In this document: piece after piece, positions 62,965 to 64,000 of the stretch
Position numbering within the stretch: position 1 is the stretch's first letter
Layout of the letters: each line of letters begins with the position of its first letter
NCBI GenBank assembly: GCA_009103225.1
Contig: RHPI01001559.1
Coordinates: 227,996-291,995, forward strand
Source of the DNA: Chlorokybus atmophyticus
Lineage: Eukaryota; Plantae; Mesostigma and Chlorokybus algae
DNA length: 64,000 nt
Direction of reading: 5' to 3'
Program-made: the position numbers and the translations under genes
Notes under the pieces: model-generated
Told to the model about the DNA's origin: nothing
The model's input: only the letters and a program-made list of their open reading frames with translations
Databases searched by the model: none

Positions 62965-64000
62965 ATGTCGTCGTCCTCGGCGGCGGCGGCGGCCGTGGCG
63001 GCGGCTAGCGGCAGGCCCGCTGTCGTCATCGACAATGGCACAGGGTGGGGACAGAGTTCTTGCTGCTGCTGGCCTTGTCGTTGTTGTGATTGCGGTGGTG
63101 GTTATCGTGTGTCTCATTCTTTGCTTCTCAGCCATATCTGTGCTGTCAGCTTGTTTTTGTGCATTGCTTGAGAACCAGAATCGGGGTGGAAAGATACCCA
63201 CAGCCTTCTACTTTGACTATACCATCACCAGAGAGTATCATTACTCTTGATGTTGTCTGTCATGCTGTTGCTTGCATTGCATACCAGTGGCTCTGTGAAA
63301 ACCTTGTCTTTGAGTTGTTTACTTCACGCCAAGCCAAAAGCTGATCATGCGGTGCATGCAGCTGGTGCTTGTCCTGTACCGTGTCTGCTTTTCGTGGATT
63401 CTCTCTGAACTGCAGTCTCGCCGCTCTCACAATCAATACATGCGTCACCGAATTTCCATCAGTCACTTATCAAGCTCGCACATCTTTTACCACTCACGCA
63501 ATCACCACCATTGCATGTACACAGCATAGCAAACGCCATGTCTCTCATGATATTGGCATGGCAGATACACCAAGCTGGGCTTCGCTGGCAACCTTGAGCC
63601 CTCATTCGTCCTCCCCACCGCCATCACCACCACCAACAACAACCAGCCCTCCACCCCAACATCCGTAAGCCCCAACGCACAACCCATCCCAACCAGACTC
63701 CCTCACCCACCCCACCCCCACTCACTCACCCATCCATCCACCCACCCACCCAACCGCTCGCCTCCACACGCAGGGTGGTCGTAGTGGCAGCCCCTCCTCG
63801 AGCATCGGCAGCCACGGCGGCGGCAGCCACGGCGCGTTGGACGACTTGGGTTTCGCCATCGGTGACGAGGCGTTGCTGTCGGGGACGGGGACGGGGCAGG
63901 TGGGTTACCCCGTCCGTCACGGGATCGTGGAGAACTGGGACTGGATGGAACGATACTGGCAGCAGTGCGTATTCAAATACCTGAGGTGGGAGAGGGAGGG
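62965..64000 (+). CDS. ARP3: Actin-related protein 3 (Arp2/3 complex), 5' part; continues beyond the window
   Basis: Exons 62965-63044, 63565-63664 and 63774-63985 splice to ..[70 protein letters not shown], the Arp3-specific N-terminus. Confidence 0.95.

Noticed and set aside
1-64000. CRISPR array or rRNA genes
   Set aside because: No regularly spaced repeat-spacer structure or rRNA motifs were seen. The GGWCC fields are irregular transposon subterminal repeats.

Overview
Intron-rich eukaryotic DNA (GT-AG introns, three N-containing spots) from the green lineage. A group-G/GBF-type bZIP and a plant-like ARP3 suggest an early-diverging streptophyte alga; this is inference. Layout from left to right: (1) 781-6738, a CMC/CACTA-like DNA transposon with unusual CACAC termini and a 3-bp TSD. 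Inside it is a degenerate tRNA-like sequence split by a nearly intact hAT element (1253-4537, 8-bp TSD). (2) About 9.35-12.6 kb, a coiled-coil + 8xWD40 + unknown-domain gene. (3) 14.4-57.5 kb, 11 copies of one F-box family. Only two copies can be spliced intact by eye, one is unresolved and eight are broken. Six copies lie in a roughly 5.5-kb-arm inverted duplication, with signs of inter-paralog recombination and recurrent microhomology deletions. (4) Interspersed or flanking single-copy genes: a GBF-like bZIP, a long low-complexity protein ending KRKSKRFMCGCFG, ARMH1, and the 5' end of ARP3. No CRISPR array or rRNA was seen. All family assignments come from motif recognition by eye, not from database searches.
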